Positions 62,803-64,000 of a stretch of DNA of 64,000 bases are shown here, piece after piece. How positions within the stretch are numbered: the first letter of the stretch is position 1; each line of letters starts with the position of its first letter. This DNA is from a virus. A program made the translations under genes and the position numbers. The stretch is taken from IMG/VR virus record IMGVR_UViG_3300037010_002464, one strand, 5' to 3'. The notes below the pieces were generated by a model. It ran no database searches, was not told where the DNA came from, and was given only the letters and a program-made list of their open reading frames with translations.

Positions 62803-64000
62803 ATGAGCAAGTTTCCGATCATCACCCACCTGACGCCCTTCAAGGAGGCCGTCGGCGACAAGCCTGAAATCAAGCACATGGTACAGAGCAACGGCATGAC
62901 CGTCAGCTCCTATGTCGTGTCGATGGAATCCACCTGGGACAACGCGCACGCCATTGAATGCCGTGGCTTGGTCTTTGACCAGCAAGAGCGACTGGTCGCC
63001 CGACCGTTGCACAAGTTCTTCAACCTGAACGAGAAGGACGGCGCTCGCCCGCATGACTTTAACTGGTCTAAACTGGCTCGTGTCATGGACAAGCGCGACG
63101 GCTCGATGATCCACACGGTCAAGGTTGACTGCCGAGTGGCGCCTTTCAGCAGCCAGGAGATCAAGGACGGCATGCCCATCGACCAAGACACCATGTCCTG
63201 TGGCGCGCGTATCAGCAACTTCACGCTGAAGTCCAAGAAGAGCTTCGAGTCGGACGTTGCTGTGCAAGCTCGTGCCTGGATGACGACACGCAAGAACTAC
63301 ATCGACTTTTGCGAAGCGATCATCGAGCAGGATTGCACGGCCATCTTCGAGTGGACATCGCCGACGGCTCGCATCGTGCTGCCGTACCAAGAGGACCTGC
63401 TGACGCTGCTGCACGTGCGCGACAATCAGACTGGCCAGTACTGGCCGATGGGCCGCTTGGACCTGAACGCTCACATGTACGGTGTCCCGATCGTTGAAAG
63501 CGAAGGCTCGAAGTCGCATCAGCGTGACTACACGGACTCCATGTTCGCCAAGATGTTGGGCGAAAAACGTGACCCTGCACATGTGCTGCGGTGCGTCCTC
63601 GAGCTGCAAGAAACCATCACGGACATCGAGGGCTGGGTCTTCCAGTTCGAGGACGGTCAGATGGTCAAGGTCAAGACCAAGTGGTACATGGAGCGTCACC
63701 GTGCCATGACCAACATGCGCGAGCGCGACATCGTCAAGATGGTGCTGCTGGAGGAGATCGATGACCTGAAGGCCATGCTGGTCGGTGAGGGCGTGGACGT
63801 GACCGAGATCGCGGCCATCGAACAGCACACCGTTGAGGAGCTGTTGGCCATCGAGCGCGTGCTCGACGCCTATGTTCTCAAGGCCCAAGGCATGGACTTC
63901 AAGGAAGCGGCGCTGACCTTCGGCCCGAAGGGCGAGGACTTCGAGTACTTCGCTCTGCTGATGGCCAAGCTGCGCGGCAAGGAGCCGAACCTGAAGGAGC
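62803..64000 (+). CDS. rnlA: RNA ligase 1 (T4 RnlA/gp63 family), runs off the window
   Basis: Hand translation: ECRGLVF, KFFNLNE, KRDGSMI, FEWTSP..RIV..Y, RDN.TG.Y, EGWV, VKVKTKWY. Confidence 0.9.
   Translation, partial: MSKFPIITHLTPFKEAVGDKPEIKHMVQSNGMTVSSYVVSMESTWDNAHAIECRGLVFDQQERLVARPLHKFFNLNEKDGARPHDFNWSKLARVMDKRDGSMIHTVKVDCRVAPFSSQEIKDGMPIDQDTMSCGARISNFTLKSKKSFESDVAVQARAWMTTRKNYIDFCEAIIEQDCTAIFEWTSPTARIVLPYQEDLLTLLHVRDNQTGQYWPMGRLDLNAHMYGVPIVESEGSKSHQRDYTDSMFAKMLGEKRDPAHVLRCVLELQETITDIEGWVFQFEDGQMVKVKTKWYMERHRAMTNMRERDIVKMVLLEEIDDLKAMLVGEGVDVTEIAAIEQHTVEELLAIERVLDAYVLKAQGMDFKEAALTFGPKGEDFEYFALLMAKLRGKEPNLKE

Noticed and set aside
44948-63888. Long minus-strand ORFs (44948-45946, 46009-47559, 57910-59331, 59993-60994, 62785-63888)
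   Set aside because: Antisense shadows of strongly codon-biased real genes (nadM, nadV, topoisomerase, RNA ligase)

Overview
64 kb of a large lytic, T4-related (myovirus/jumbo-like) phage genome with GC-rich core genes. The host is unknown; PEP-CTERM-type domains hint at a betaproteobacterium. The left half is mostly minus strand. It holds two blocks of late virion-appendage genes (beta-propeller/BNR fibres, LamG/Ig proteins, PEP-CTERM-like repeats, a paralog trio, Gly-Pro-Thr collagens) flanking nrdC-nrdB-nrdA and an atypical C5 cytosine methyltransferase. The right half is mostly plus strand. It holds MTase-GT2-TPR and GT2-TPR glycosyltransferases, a T4 gp42-like dCMP hydroxymethylase with a nucleotide glycosidase and kinase, NAD salvage (NMNAT-Nudix + NAMPT), decayed CoA-pathway-like genes, free-standing homing endonucleases, topoisomerase II (39+60, 52), dNMP kinase and RNA ligase 1. 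T4-like early (GTTTACA-17-TAnAAT) and late (TAAATA) promoters recur, often implying leaderless mRNAs. Main leads: (1) a candidate phage-encoded collagen-fibre glycosylation system; (2) two stand-alone major-capsid fragments, one matching the Gol peptide region, as possible anti-defence decoys; (3) a dispersed [AF]L[KR]LQxx[LF][IV]D peptide tag in five unrelated ORFs; (4) two candidate structured ncRNAs; (5) a possible hmC hypermodification route. All family calls are by-eye motif recognition; no searches were run.
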